Part shown: positions 49,174 through 59,588 of the stretch, piece by piece | Numbering within the stretch: position 1 is the first letter of the stretch | Layout of the letters: each line of letters opens with the position of its first letter | From: a bacterium | GTDB lineage: Bacteria > UBA8248 | Direction: 5' to 3' | Length of the DNA stretch: 64,000 bases | Assembly: GCA_963692865.2 (NCBI GenBank) | Contig: OY843592.1 | Location: 3,680,001 to 3,744,000 of the forward strand | Translations under genes and position numbers: made by a program | The notes under the pieces: model-generated | What the model saw: only the letters and a program-made list of their open reading frames with translations | Told to the model about the DNA's origin: nothing | Database searches by the model: none

Positions 49174-50565
49174 TCAACCCAACCTCTCGCCCGCGTAGGC
49201 CTCCATGGCGTGCTCGGAGATGTCGAGGCCCGCCAATTCATCCTCTGCGGAAACGCGCACGCCCATAACGGCCCTCACCACATGCCAAAGGACGAAGGAC
49301 AAAGCGAAGGTGAAGATACCTACCGCAACGACACCCGCAAGCTGTTTGATGAAGAGCCCCGCGCCGCCGCCGTAGAACAGACCCACGACGCTGTCGTCGA
49401 TGGAAGGCGCGGCGAACAAACCCAGCGCAAGCGTACCGAAGACGCCGCACACAAGGTGAACCGAAACCGCTCCGACCGGATCGTCTATCTTGATCTTGTC
49501 GAGGAACGGAATCGCAACGCAGACGATGAAGCCTGCGGCCAGACCGATAATCACCGCTCCCAGCGGAGCAACGTTGGCGCATGGGGCCGTGATGGCGACC
49601 AGCCCGGCAAGCGCGCCGTTCACGCTCATGGAAAGATCGGCTTTTCCGAACATGGCCCTCGAAGTGATGCTCGAAGCCACGACGCCCGCCGAGGCGGCGA
49701 GGTTCGTCGTCACCGCGATGCGCGCGATGGCGCCTGCGTCTGCGGCCATGGTGCTGCCCGGGTTGAACCCGAACCATCCGAGCCACAAGATGAACCCGCC
49801 CAACGTGACGAGCGGCATGTTGTGGCCGGGCATCGGCTGCATCCGGCCGTCGGAGGTGTACTTGCCGAGCCGCGGGCCGAGGACGATAATTCCGGCGAGT
49901 CCCGCCCAGCCGCCCACGGAATGAACCACGGTGGAGCCGGCGAAATCGAGAAAACCCATACCGCCCAACCAGCCGCCACCCCAGATCCAGTGGCCCTGGA
50001 TGGGATAGATGACGGCGACGAGCAGGAAACTGAAGATCATGAACGAAGAGAACTTGATGCGCTCGGCCACACAACCTGAAACGATGGTCGCCGCCGTCGC
50101 CGCAAACACGAGTTGGAAGAAGAACTTCGCGTAGAGCGGCACGCCCGTCCAATTGAGGGACGAGAAAACACCTTTGTACGCTTCACCCGTGGCCGGGCTG
50201 TTGTCCGCTCCCGAGAGGAAAAACCCATTCGTTCCGAATATCGAGCTTCCGTCCCCGAACATGAGGGCGAAACCCAATATCCAAAACGCCAGGGACGAGA
50301 CGGCGACGACACCGAAGTTCTTATACAGAATGGCGACGGTGTTCTTGGCCCGGCAAAGCCCCGATTCGAGCATCGCGAAGCCTGCGTGCATGAAAAACAC
50401 CAGAAAACCGGCCACCATCACCCACACGGTATCCGCCGCGACTTGCAAATTCGCGAGGCTCTTCGCCATGGCCTTGACATCCTGCGCCCAGCCGTTGCCG
50501 GCAAAGGACAAAACCCCCACGGCGAAGACCAACGCCGCCGTAATGTAGAGATTTCTTCTTCTCAT
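49174..50565 (-). CDS. amtB: ammonium transporter
   Basis: AGFAMLESG, FQLVFA, DFAGSTVVH, LWLGWFGFN, DDPVGAVSVH; alternative start 50619. Confidence 0.95.
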   Translation of the reverse strand: MRRRNLYITAALVFAVGVLSFAGNGWAQDVKAMAKSLANLQVAADTVWVMVAGFLVFFMHAGFAMLESGLCRAKNTVAILYKNFGVVAVSSLAFWILGFALMFGDGSSIFGTNGFFLSGADNSPATGEAYKGVFSSLNWTGVPLYAKFFFQLVFAATAATIVSGCVAERIKFSSFMIFSFLLVAVIYPIQGHWIWGGGWLGGMGFLDFAGSTVVHSVGGWAGLAGIIVLGPRLGKYTSDGRMQPMPGHNMPLVTLGGFILWLGWFGFNPGSTMAADAGAIARIAVTTNLAASAGVVASSITSRAMFGKADLSMSVNGALAGLVAITAPCANVAPLGAVIIGLAAGFIVCVAIPFLDKIKIDDPVGAVSVHLVCGVFGTLALGLFAAPSIDDSVVGLFYGGGAGLFIKQLAGVVAVGIFTFALSFVLWHVVRAVMGVRVSAEDELAGLDISEHAMEAYAGERLG

Positions 50566-50811
50566 GATCCCTCCCCCGATACGTTTCAGCCATTTCGAGA
50601 ATTCACGTTCGTAAAACATCGTCTTTATTTTGTAGGTGAGAAATATTTCGGTCTCGTTTCCGCCGTATTACTCGAAAGTTAATTGCGCCTTCTTCGCACC
50701 TATCCGCTCCGGTTTGACAGGCGATTTCGTGCGTGTTAGCAATTCCGCCAATTCGATCAAATTTCTTCCGACTAAGCCCTTTTCCGGAATCAACCCACTG
50801 AAGGAGAAACA

Positions 50812-51255
50812 ATGCCTCCAAAGCGAAAACCCAAAATTCCCGCGAGAGCCCTCAAGCGCGGCGCACACCTATGGACCAAGGAGTTCACCGAGCGCATCGG
50901 TCATGACATGGCCGAATGGGCGGATGAGGAATTCATGGAGCTTTTCATGAACTTCTGCTATGGCGGGCTTTATGATCGAAATGTCCTGTCCCATAAAACC
51001 AGGGAGCTTTGCGCCGTGGCCGCATGCGTCATGGCAAACGCGCATCCGCAACTGCGCACCCACATCCAGGCCTCGTGGAACTGCGGGGCGACGAAGCGTG
51101 AAATCATGGAGGTCATCATCCAGATGGCCACTTACTGCGGGATGCCCTACATGCTTCAAGCGGCTCGAATCGCCGCGAACGAGGTTTTTCCCTTGCTCAA
51201 GCGCGGAGAAAAGGCAGCCGCTCCGCCGCCGGGCCTGAAGTTGAAAGAAAAATAA
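50812..51255 (+). CDS. carboxymuconolactone decarboxylase family protein
   Basis: YGGLYDR..LSHKTREL, QLRTHI, GATKREIMEV, YCGMP. Confidence 0.88.
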   Translation: MPPKRKPKIPARALKRGAHLWTKEFTERIGHDMAEWADEEFMELFMNFCYGGLYDRNVLSHKTRELCAVAACVMANAHPQLRTHIQASWNCGATKREIMEVIIQMATYCGMPYMLQAARIAANEVFPLLKRGEKAAAPPPGLKLKEK

Positions 51256-51319
51256 CCCGAAATCAACAAGCGCCAGACGGCGCCACACCCAAAATCAAAT
51301 ACGGGAGGAGCATCATCCA

Positions 51320-52096
51320 ATGGCCCGAAGAATCGTAGATTTAAGCGTTCCCCTTCAAAACGCGCCCATGGAGAACAACCCGGCCGCCATCCAGTACGTG
51401 AACCACACCGAACTCGGGCGCATGCGAGCCAAATCATACAAGTTTCCGGACACCAGCTATTTTCCGGACCACATGCATTGCGCAACCGAAAACATCACGG
51501 CCATCAGCACGCACAGCGGCACGCACCTCGATTCCCCGTACCACTACGGCCCCGAATGTGAGGGACAACCCTCCAAAACGATCGACCTCGTTCCCCTCGA
51601 ATGGTGCGTGGGTGATGGGGTGGTCCTGGATTTTCACGACGCCGAGCGCGGCCACAACATCACGCTGGAGGAAACGCAGCAGAAAGTGGCGGCCTTGGAG
51701 GAGAAAGGCTATTCCCTCAAGCCGATGGACATCGTCCTCATCCGCACCGACCACACCACGAAGTATCTTTACACCCCCGATTTCGAGCAAACACATCCGG
51801 GCATGAGCGTCGACGCTACGGAATGGCTCGTCGATCGGGGCATCAAGGTGATGGGGATTGACGCATGGGGTTTCGACATTCCCGTCTCCAGGATGACCGA
51901 ACTCAGGCGCCAGGGGAACACGAAAGATTTCTTCGGCAGCCATTTCCTGGGCCGCAAGAAAGAATACATCCACGCGGAAAAACTCATGAATCTCGATAAA
52001 ATCCCCGAATTCGGCTTCACTGTCTCGATGCTCCCCGTCAAGATAGAGCGCGCAAGCGGCGCCTGGTGTCGGGCCGTGGCCATCATCGACGATTAG
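51320..52096 (+). CDS. cyclase family protein (kynurenine formamidase-like)
   Basis: DLSVP, HSGTHLDSPYH, GIDAWGFD, HAEKL, CRAVA. Confidence 0.9.
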   Translation: MARRIVDLSVPLQNAPMENNPAAIQYVNHTELGRMRAKSYKFPDTSYFPDHMHCATENITAISTHSGTHLDSPYHYGPECEGQPSKTIDLVPLEWCVGDGVVLDFHDAERGHNITLEETQQKVAALEEKGYSLKPMDIVLIRTDHTTKYLYTPDFEQTHPGMSVDATEWLVDRGIKVMGIDAWGFDIPVSRMTELRRQGNTKDFFGSHFLGRKKEYIHAEKLMNLDKIPEFGFTVSMLPVKIERASGAWCRAVAIIDD

Positions 52097-52210
52097 ACCG
52101 AATTTCTCCGCGGAGGCTGAGACCTGCGCAGTGGAGTGACTTCTCGGGAAAATATGGTAATATCCCTCACATAAGACAGTGGTGCGGAAACAAATCAGGG
52201 GAGTGGATCA

Positions 52211-52408
52211 ATGGCTTCATATGAGAGCGCAGCGAATCAAGGAACCCTGTCCGGTGGCCTCATCCGGCGAATGGATGCCGTCAAGCCGGCCATCCTGGCG
52301 ATCGTTCTCGGCGTATTCATTCTCTACGGCGTAGGCTTCGCCCAACCACGGCTTTTGCATGACGCCGCACACGACACCCGCCACGCCTTCGCCTTCCCCT
52401 GCCATTAA
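52211..52408 (+). CDS. cbtB: CbtB-domain small membrane protein
   Basis: One TM segment then GVGFAQ..LHDAAHDTRHAFAFPCH. Confidence 0.9.
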   Translation: MASYESAANQGTLSGGLIRRMDAVKPAILAIVLGVFILYGVGFAQPRLLHDAAHDTRHAFAFPCH

Positions 52409-52437
52409 CAGGCCCGGCAACATATTGCCGGACAAGA

Positions 52438-52469
52438 GACGGCGCCCGTTCCCGAGGCGCCGTTTTTTC
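52438..52469 (+). terminator. intrinsic terminator after cbtB
   Basis: ACGGCGCC-N9-GGCGCCGT followed by a T tract. Confidence 0.75.
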
Positions 52470-52482
52470 TTTGAGGAACCGG

Positions 52483-52833
52483 ATGTCCGAGGATAATACG
52501 GAACTTAAGCCTTGGGGGCATTTCACCGTATTGGCGGATGAGCCGGACCACAAGGTCAAACGGGTTGTCGTTCATCCGGGGCATCGCATCAGCCTGCAGC
52601 GGCATACCCGAAGGTCCGAGCACTGGCACGCCGTATCCGGCAAGGCCCTCGTCACCCGCGAAGAAGAAGAAACCGCGTTCTCCGCCGGCGAGAGCATGGA
52701 TATACCGCAAGGGGCATGGCACAGGGTTCAAAACGAAGCGGACGCGCCCTTCGTTTTCATCGAGGTGCAGACCGGCGCCTACTTCGGCGAGGACGACATT
52801 GAACGACGCGAAGATGATTACGGGAGAGCATGA
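52483..52833 (+). CDS. cupin, phosphomannose isomerase type II C-terminal-like
   Basis: KPWG, SLQRH..RSEHW, IEVQTG.YFGEDDI.R.EDDYGR. Confidence 0.9.
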   Translation: MSEDNTELKPWGHFTVLADEPDHKVKRVVVHPGHRISLQRHTRRSEHWHAVSGKALVTREEEETAFSAGESMDIPQGAWHRVQNEADAPFVFIEVQTGAYFGEDDIERREDDYGRA

Positions 52834-52861
52834 TAAGGCATTCCTGGAATAGCCGGACAAA

Positions 52862-52893
52862 GAAACACCCCCATCGGCACGTGAGGGTGTTTC
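52862..52893. terminator. hairpin between convergent genes
   Basis: GAAACACCC...GGGTGTTTC stem. Confidence 0.5.
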
Positions 52894-52924
52894 CTGATCA
52901 ATCAGGGATGCAAACGTTTTTAAC

Positions 52925-54124
52925 CTAGCCTTTTCGAAGCTGCTCCAGCGCAACGGCCAGACGCTCCACGCCGCGCTCGCATTCTTCCGTAGAGCAGGAA
53001 TATGCGATTCTGATAAAACCCTCACCCCCAAATACGGCGCCGTTTACCGTGGCGATGGCGTGCTCGTTCAGAAGATAGTCCGCCACCTCGCCCGAGGTTT
53101 CGCCGAAGGCCTTGACGTTCGGAAACGCATAGAACGCGCCCGTGGGCTCCGCCAGCGTGACGCCCTCTATGGCGCGCAGGCCTTCTGATATCACGCGCCG
53201 CCGCTTGTCGAATTCGCGCGTCATCGCCTCCATGGGCGCCTGATCCTCGAGCACGCCGCGCGCCGCGCCGTTTTGAATGAAGGTGTTCACGCATACGGTG
53301 GTGTATTGGCGGATTTTGAGCAGGTGGCGCGTAATCTCGGGGCTCGCCACCGTCCAGCCGAGCCGCCAGCCGTCCATGCTGTAGAATTTCGAAAATCCGT
53401 TGATGATCACAGTGCGCTCCGCCATGCCGGGCTGCGAGAAAATGCTCGGGGCGCACGGCGCATCGCCGTAATATATGCGCGCATAAATCTCATCGCTCAT
53501 CACCATGAAATTGCGCCGCACCGCCAGTTCGGCGATTTTGGCGAGTTCGGATTCCGGGATCGTGCAGCCCGTGGGGTTGCCGGGCGAAGTGAGGCAAACG
53601 AGTTTCGTCTTGGGCGTCAAAACCGCCTCGATGTCCTCGGCGCGCAATGCGAAATCGTTCTCTTCTTTCGTCATCACCTCGACGGGCACGCCGCCCGCCA
53701 ACGCCGTGCAGGATTTATAATGATGCCAGTTCGGCTGCGCGATGATCACCTCATCACCCGGATTGACCAGCGCCAGCATGGAAACCATGATGCCCTCGTT
53801 CGCCCCCGCCATGACGATCACCTGCGCGTCGGGGTTCACCTCCACGCCGGTGTCGATTTCCGTCCGGTATGCAATGCCCTTGCGCAGGGCGGGGACTCCC
53901 GTGCTCGGAGCGTAGTGCACGTCGCCGCGCGCGAGGGATTCGGCGGCCCCTTGCTTGATGTGCTCGGGCGTGTCGAAATCGGTGCGGCCGATCTGCCAGT
54001 GGATGACGTCGCGGCCTTCGGCTTCGAGCCTCGCCACGGCGTCGAAAACCTTGCGAATGCCCGAGAAGGGAATCTCTTCCAAACGATCCGCGCCCACCGC
54101 CTGGGCGTCAAAAGCAGTAACCAT
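52925..54124 (-). CDS. PLP-dependent aminotransferase class I/II
   Basis: SPGNPTG, SDEIY, GFSKFYSMDGWRLG, GAFY; start trimmed to ATG 54124. Confidence 0.93.
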   Translation of the reverse strand: MVTAFDAQAVGADRLEEIPFSGIRKVFDAVARLEAEGRDVIHWQIGRTDFDTPEHIKQGAAESLARGDVHYAPSTGVPALRKGIAYRTEIDTGVEVNPDAQVIVMAGANEGIMVSMLALVNPGDEVIIAQPNWHHYKSCTALAGGVPVEVMTKEENDFALRAEDIEAVLTPKTKLVCLTSPGNPTGCTIPESELAKIAELAVRRNFMVMSDEIYARIYYGDAPCAPSIFSQPGMAERTVIINGFSKFYSMDGWRLGWTVASPEITRHLLKIRQYTTVCVNTFIQNGAARGVLEDQAPMEAMTREFDKRRRVISEGLRAIEGVTLAEPTGAFYAFPNVKAFGETSGEVADYLLNEHAIATVNGAVFGGEGFIRIAYSCSTEECERGVERLAVALEQLRKG

Positions 54125-54349
54125 CCAGTGTCTCCTTGCATATGAAAATGATTTTGTAAGCGATGATTTCAAATCTCTGAAAAACGCGCTTGAAGCCGCC
54201 CCTTATAGCTTTTGAGGCCTTCAGGCGCAAGAGAGTTCTCGCCCCGGGTTATCCTCGACTACAACCAGACACTTTCTTTTTTCCGAGTTTGATATGGGGT
54301 TGGTAACTCATTGAGAACGGGGTACTGATGGCTACCGACTGCCGGATGA

Positions 54350-55138
54350 CTATAGCAAATCCCCCTGTAGAACGGTTACGGCCTTTCCCCCCAGGACGAT
54401 GCGGTCTCCAAGGATTCTCATGCGCACGACCCCGCCTCTCGTGGAGGCTTGACAGGCCGTAAGCTCTTCTTTTTTCAGGCGTTTCGCCCAAAACGGCCCC
54501 AGGCAGCAGTGGGCGGAACCCGTCACCGGGTCTTCGTTCACGCCTAGCCCTGGGGCGAAGAAACGAGATACGAAGTCATATTCAGGATTATCAGCGCGCG
54601 CCGTGACGATGCAGCCGCGCATCGGAACCGTCTGGAGAAGCCGGAAATCAGGCGTCAAAGCCCTGATCGCCGCCTCGGAGTCGGCCTCCACCAGAAAATC
54701 GAACTCGCTTTTCCCCACATAGCGGGGGGTCAGGCCGATACCCTCCACCAGGGCGTCAGGAGGCGCCGCGGGAGATTCCCGGCTTATGGGGAAATTCATC
54801 TCTATCCATTCGTCTTTCTGCTCGCAGGTCAAAACCCCGCTTTTCGTGTGAAAGATGATCGTCTCGTCGGAATCGAGATGCCCCCTCTCCCAAAGAACAT
54901 GGGCGCTCGCAAGCGTGGCGTGGCCGCAAAGATCCACCTCGCTCACGGGCGTGAACCATCGCAGGCCGTAGCCGTCTTCCTTTCTCACGACGAAAGCGGT
55001 TTCAGAGAGATTCATCTCCGCCGCCACGCGCTGCATCCATCCCTCGTCCACTTGCGCCGGCAGGATGCAGACGGCGGCCGGATTTCCCGAAAAGGGCGTA
55101 TCGGTAAAAGCATCCACCTGTACGATGGGAAACGACAT
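54350..55138 (-). CDS. PhzF family isomerase
   Basis: VDAF, GNPAAV, NLSETAF, LCGHATLA, EDPVTGSA. Confidence 0.94.
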   Translation of the reverse strand: MSFPIVQVDAFTDTPFSGNPAAVCILPAQVDEGWMQRVAAEMNLSETAFVVRKEDGYGLRWFTPVSEVDLCGHATLASAHVLWERGHLDSDETIIFHTKSGVLTCEQKDEWIEMNFPISRESPAAPPDALVEGIGLTPRYVGKSEFDFLVEADSEAAIRALTPDFRLLQTVPMRGCIVTARADNPEYDFVSRFFAPGLGVNEDPVTGSAHCCLGPFWAKRLKKEELTACQASTRGGVVRMRILGDRIVLGGKAVTVLQGDLL

Positions 55139-55163
55139 GAAAAGTTCTCTAGAAAATATTGAA

Positions 55164-55634
55164 TCAGATACGCGTTATGACGTCGCCCGCGCGTACGGAG
55201 CCTTCGCTTAGAACCTGCGCGTTCAGCCCCGAGCGGTTGATGAGCGCGTCGTGCAGGCCATCTATCCCCAGCAAGTTTTCGAAATACCTGCACGGCTCGT
55301 TCAGGCGGACGCCGCGCATCCGCACCTCGCCCACCAGAAACTCCGCACCCACCAGATGGTTGAGCGGAACCCCTCGCGTCACGATGTTTCTCCTGCTCTG
55401 GCCCGCGTCGAGATGGATGTCGTGGTCGCGCGCAAGCGCCTCGACGGCTTCGATTTCGATGAGCGTCACCTCGCGATGAGGCCCTTGTATTTTGGAATAC
55501 GTGCCCACGCCTTCGGCGTAGCGATCTCCCGCAAGGCCTGATCCTGCAACCGCTTGCGCCTGGGCGACCTCCATCATGGGTTCCCCGCCCACCGAGGCGA
55601 TGTGAACCGAGACCACTTCGCCCTCGAAGGTCAT
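55164..55634 (-). CDS. MOSC domain protein
   Basis: GLAGDRY, REVTLI, RRNIVTRG, EPC, RSGL. Confidence 0.92.
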   Translation of the reverse strand: MTFEGEVVSVHIASVGGEPMMEVAQAQAVAGSGLAGDRYAEGVGTYSKIQGPHREVTLIEIEAVEALARDHDIHLDAGQSRRNIVTRGVPLNHLVGAEFLVGEVRMRGVRLNEPCRYFENLLGIDGLHDALINRSGLNAQVLSEGSVRAGDVITRI

Positions 55635-55873
55635 GCTTTCACACGTTCCTGAATGAGATTAACGGCTTCTTCTTCCGCGGGAAAGTTGCCCGAGTCGAGT
55701 TTCGACCAAAGGAGTTCACCGTCGAGCACCAACTCGAAGGAGCCGACGCGAAAATTCCCGTCTTCGTTTCCGGCGATTTCCAGGTCCGGGAAATGTTTTC
55801 TTAATTCTTGAGCCAACTGCTCATATCGTGGCCCGTAGTTTCACTTTTCGCAGTATTCAACGTGAAGTTTCAT
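55631..55873 (-). CDS. Rdx (SelW/SelT/SelH) family selenoprotein, 80 aa, CxxU
   Basis: ATG 55873 with RBS; reads MKLHVEYCEK-(TGA 55841-55843)-NYGPRY...GSFEL...LWSK...FP; in-frame TGA at the CxxU position. Confidence 0.88.
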
Positions 55874-56084
55874 TCATCCCCTCTCCTCAGGAAGGCAAAA
55901 ATCCGCAAGCGGTTACATCATAGAAGAATTCAGGCCCCAGGAGAAGGAGGGGAAGAGCAAAATCACCAAACCGAATTTCCTCGCGCCTCGATAAAAATCG
56001 CGGAAGCCTTGTGCAGCTTGACTAATTGGCCGACACAAGCGAAAAATCTCCCCGATTTCCGCAGAAAAACTTCAAGGAGGAGAA

Positions 56085-57488
56085 ATGGCCGGAATCACAC
56101 GTGTGGGAGCATACATACCCTTTCACCGCCTGGGCGGTGAGGCCGTGCGGGCCGTATGGGGGGCCGGCAACCGAAGGGCGTCACGCCCGCTGGCCGGTTT
56201 CGACGAAGACCCCATCACCATGGGGGTGGAAGCGCTGATCAACGCCGCAGGCTGGGGCGATTCCGCTGTCGATTCGCTCTATTTCGCCTCCACGTCGCAT
56301 CCATACGCTGAAAAATCAAACGCCGCCGTGCTCGCCGCGGCGGCGGATCTGCCCGAAAAACTCTTCACCCTGGATGCGGGCGGCTCGGTGCGCGCGGGCG
56401 TGTCCGCGCTCAAGGCCGCCTGCGACGCCGTAGAGGCCGGATCCTCCAAAATGGCCGCCGTGGTGGCGGCGGAGAAAAGGCCCTCGCTGCCGGGAAGCCC
56501 CGATGAACTGGCCCTTTGCGACGGCGCGGCGGCGGTGCTGCTGGGCAAGGGAGACGACGTGGCCGCCGAGATCGAGGCGGTTTATTCATGGTCCGAGGAT
56601 TTCATCGACAGGTGGCGTCTGCCGGGCGAAGGATCTGTCTCCGCGGGCGACGCCAAATTCATCCAGGACTACGGATATGTGCGCCAGAGCGTCGCCACCG
56701 TGGAGGGATTACTCCAGCAAACGGGCGCCACGAGAGAGGACATCGCCCGCGTGCTCGTCTACGCTCCCGACGCCCGCACCCACGCGGCGATCACCCGAAA
56801 ACTGGGCTTTCCCGACTCGGCTTATCCCGAAAACCCCCTCATCGCGCGCTTGGGCGACTCCGGGGCGGCGGCGCCACTGCTCGCTCTCGTCGATGCCCTC
56901 CAGAACGCGGAGCCGGGCGAGCACATCATCGTGGCGGGGCACGGGAGCGGGGGCGAGGCCATCCTCCTCCGGGCGACGGAGAAGGTCCATTCTTTAAGGG
57001 CGCAGCGGGGAGTCGCCTGGTCCGTGGAGCGGGCGCGCGCCATCCCCAATTACGGTCAGTGGCTTAAATTCAATGGTTTATCGCCCGAGGAGGAGATCAG
57101 GCCCTTCACCTCGCCCAGCATCCTGTGGAAGGAAAACCGGGCGACCATGCGCCTGATGGCCGGCGTTTGCCGCTCATGCGGAGAGCTTCAGTATCCCCGC
57201 CAGCAGGTCTGCAACGCCTGCGGGGCGCGGGATGAATGGGATGAGCGTAAACTAAACCGCCGGGGCAAAATCTTCACCTTCATCCACGACTACCTGCCCC
57301 CATCGCCGGAGGGCTTCATCACGATGGCCACGGTGGAATTAGAAGGCGGCGGACGGTTTTACGGCCAGATGACGAATCACGTGAAAGACGATGTCCGCAT
57401 CGGCATGGAGTGCGAACTCACGTTCCGGCTTCTCCATCAGGGCGATGGGTATTATAATTACTTCTGGAAACTGCGCCCCGCCGAATAG
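56085..57488 (+). CDS. HMG-CoA-synthase-like thiolase-fold domain fused to a DUF35 Zn-ribbon/OB-fold
   Basis: GAYIP, DEDPITMG, DGAAA; C-terminal CRSC...CNAC and YFWK. Confidence 0.85.
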   Translation: MAGITRVGAYIPFHRLGGEAVRAVWGAGNRRASRPLAGFDEDPITMGVEALINAAGWGDSAVDSLYFASTSHPYAEKSNAAVLAAAADLPEKLFTLDAGGSVRAGVSALKAACDAVEAGSSKMAAVVAAEKRPSLPGSPDELALCDGAAAVLLGKGDDVAAEIEAVYSWSEDFIDRWRLPGEGSVSAGDAKFIQDYGYVRQSVATVEGLLQQTGATREDIARVLVYAPDARTHAAITRKLGFPDSAYPENPLIARLGDSGAAAPLLALVDALQNAEPGEHIIVAGHGSGGEAILLRATEKVHSLRAQRGVAWSVERARAIPNYGQWLKFNGLSPEEEIRPFTSPSILWKENRATMRLMAGVCRSCGELQYPRQQVCNACGARDEWDERKLNRRGKIFTFIHDYLPPSPEGFITMATVELEGGGRFYGQMTNHVKDDVRIGMECELTFRLLHQGDGYYNYFWKLRPAE

Positions 57489-57535
57489 GGCTTTATCTTT
57501 CCTCAGGGAAGACATCTTTTTTCAAGGAGTTGGAC

Positions 57536-58732
57536 ATGAGCGGAACTATCGCCGGCAAAGTCGCCATCATCGGCGCGGGCATTACGAAATTCGGGGAACT
57601 CTTTGAGCAGAGCTATAACGACCTCGTGGTGGAAGCCGCCTTCGAGGCCTATGAGGACGCCGGCGTGAGCGGCGATGACGTCGAGGCCGCGTGGCTGGGC
57701 ACGTATCTCCCGCTCGGCTGGGGCTTCGACGGCACGGGCGGCCCTTCGCTGGCGGAGGCGCTCAACTTATATCCCAAGCCCGTCTCGCGGGTCGCGAACT
57801 ACTGCACCACGGGCATGGAGGCCGTCCGCATGGCGGCGATGGCCGTGGCTTCCGGGATGCACGACGTCGTCCTCGCCGTCGGCGCAGAGAAGATGCGCGA
57901 GGTCCCGCCCCGGGGCAGCCTGGTCGCGCAACACGTTGAAAAACTTCACCCTATGTACTCGAAGGGCCGCACGGCGCCGGGCAGTTTCGCCGTCCTGGCG
58001 AGGCGGTATTTCGAGGAATTCGGCGCGGACAAGGAAGACCTGGCCGAGGTGGCGGTGAAGAACCACTACCACGGGAGCCTGAACAAGCGCGCGCACTTCA
58101 GGAAGGAGATCACCAAGGAGCAGGTACTGAAGGCCCCGCCGGTCACGGAACCCTTAGGCCTTTATGATTGCTGCCCCACGACGGACGGCGCCGCGGCGGT
58201 CGTGCTCTGCCGGGCGGAGCTGGCCGAGACGCGCTTCGACAAGAAAGACTACGTCCTGATCGACGGCATGGGCCTTTCGTGCGCGACGGGCTACATCACC
58301 ACGGCGTTCAACCCCAGGTTCAGCTTCATCGGCTTCGAGGCCACCCAGGAGGCCGCGCGACAGGCCTATGAGCAGTCCGGCGTAACGAACCCGCGCGAGG
58401 AGATAGACGTCGCGGAAGTGCATGATTGTTTTACGATTACGGAGATCCTGAACTATGAGGACTTAGGTTTCGTCGAGAAGGGCGAGGGTCCCGGTTTCGT
58501 GAAGAGCGGCGCGAGCAGGCTCGGCGGCGAACTGCCCGTGAACACCTCGGGCGGCCTCAAGAGCTGCGGCCATCCCATCGGGGCGACGGGCGCGCGCGTG
58601 GTGGCCGACCTCACGCACCAACTCCTGGGACGCTGCGGCGAGCGGCAGGTGAAGGGCGCGAGGCGGGCGCTCGGCCACACCCTGGGCGGACCGGGAGCGG
58701 TCTCCAGCGTGTTCGTCCTGAGCAGGAACTAG
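57536..58732 (+). CDS. thiolase, SCP-x/archaeal-like acetyl-CoA acetyltransferase
   Basis: NYCTTG, DGAAA, EVHDCF, NTSGGLKSCGHPIGATG. Confidence 0.92.
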   Translation: MSGTIAGKVAIIGAGITKFGELFEQSYNDLVVEAAFEAYEDAGVSGDDVEAAWLGTYLPLGWGFDGTGGPSLAEALNLYPKPVSRVANYCTTGMEAVRMAAMAVASGMHDVVLAVGAEKMREVPPRGSLVAQHVEKLHPMYSKGRTAPGSFAVLARRYFEEFGADKEDLAEVAVKNHYHGSLNKRAHFRKEITKEQVLKAPPVTEPLGLYDCCPTTDGAAAVVLCRAELAETRFDKKDYVLIDGMGLSCATGYITTAFNPRFSFIGFEATQEAARQAYEQSGVTNPREEIDVAEVHDCFTITEILNYEDLGFVEKGEGPGFVKSGASRLGGELPVNTSGGLKSCGHPIGATGARVVADLTHQLLGRCGERQVKGARRALGHTLGGPGAVSSVFVLSRN

Positions 58733-59231
58733 CCGGATGCCCCCCGGCGCGTCCGGGGGGATTTCAGCCCCGCAACTGCCCGCAAATCCGCGCATTTCCC
58801 GTCATCGCGCGGGAGGCGGGCCGTGGCAGAATTCCCCTGCGCCCGGATTCCTCGGCGTCATTCCCCAAGAAAACAATTTGCCATCTATTTATCGAAAAAC
58901 CCCCTGAATTTATCCAATTTTATACAATTTTTCAGGAATTCAATTATTCTCGAACGAACCGCCCGGCGCCCCCATCTTACCCGGATTCCCCTCCCCTCCC
59001 GCCACCGCAAATGCGGGCAAATGCGCGCGCCGGCCGCCGTCATTCACGTCGGCCCCGGGCGGAGAACGAGGGCCGCGCCCTCCCGATATGTAAAGGCCGG
59101 CCGGCGCGCAACCTCTCAGGATACTTCTGCGCGCCTCATCCACCAGGACCGCAAATACGGGGAAATGCGGAGCGCGCCGCCGAAAAAGGCCGCGGCGCCT
59201 CCCCCGGCGAGAGGCGATCCTCCCTTCCAGA

Positions 59232-59580
59232 GGGTCGTTGAAAAACCCGACCCCGGGAGCGAGCGCCGCGTTCCATCCCGTATTCGGAGTGTAGGTCAGA
59301 CATATATGTCTGACATATCATGCGACCCGTATCGTGAAGGCGAAAAGGCAGGGCCGCATGATATGCGGCCCCTACGGGTGAAAGCCCGATTGGCGCGGGA
59401 GGGAATCCCGATTATCGAACTATCCACCGTAGGGACAGGCCTCCGCGCCTGTCCTGATTTCAACCATCCTGCAAAAGGACGGCCACGGAGGGTTGTCCCT
59501 ACGTTTCGTTTCGCAGAAGTCGGCAGGTCAGACATATACGTCTGACATATCATGCGACCCGGCCTTTTTCGCAGCCGCCC
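59232..59580. mobile_element. MITE-like element D (degenerate right end) with REP modules
   Basis: Left end GGGTCGTTGAAAAA, right end TTTTTCGCAGCC; REPs at 59291-59375, 59429-59502 and 59523-59560. Confidence 0.6.
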
Positions 59581-59588
59581 GCTCTGTT

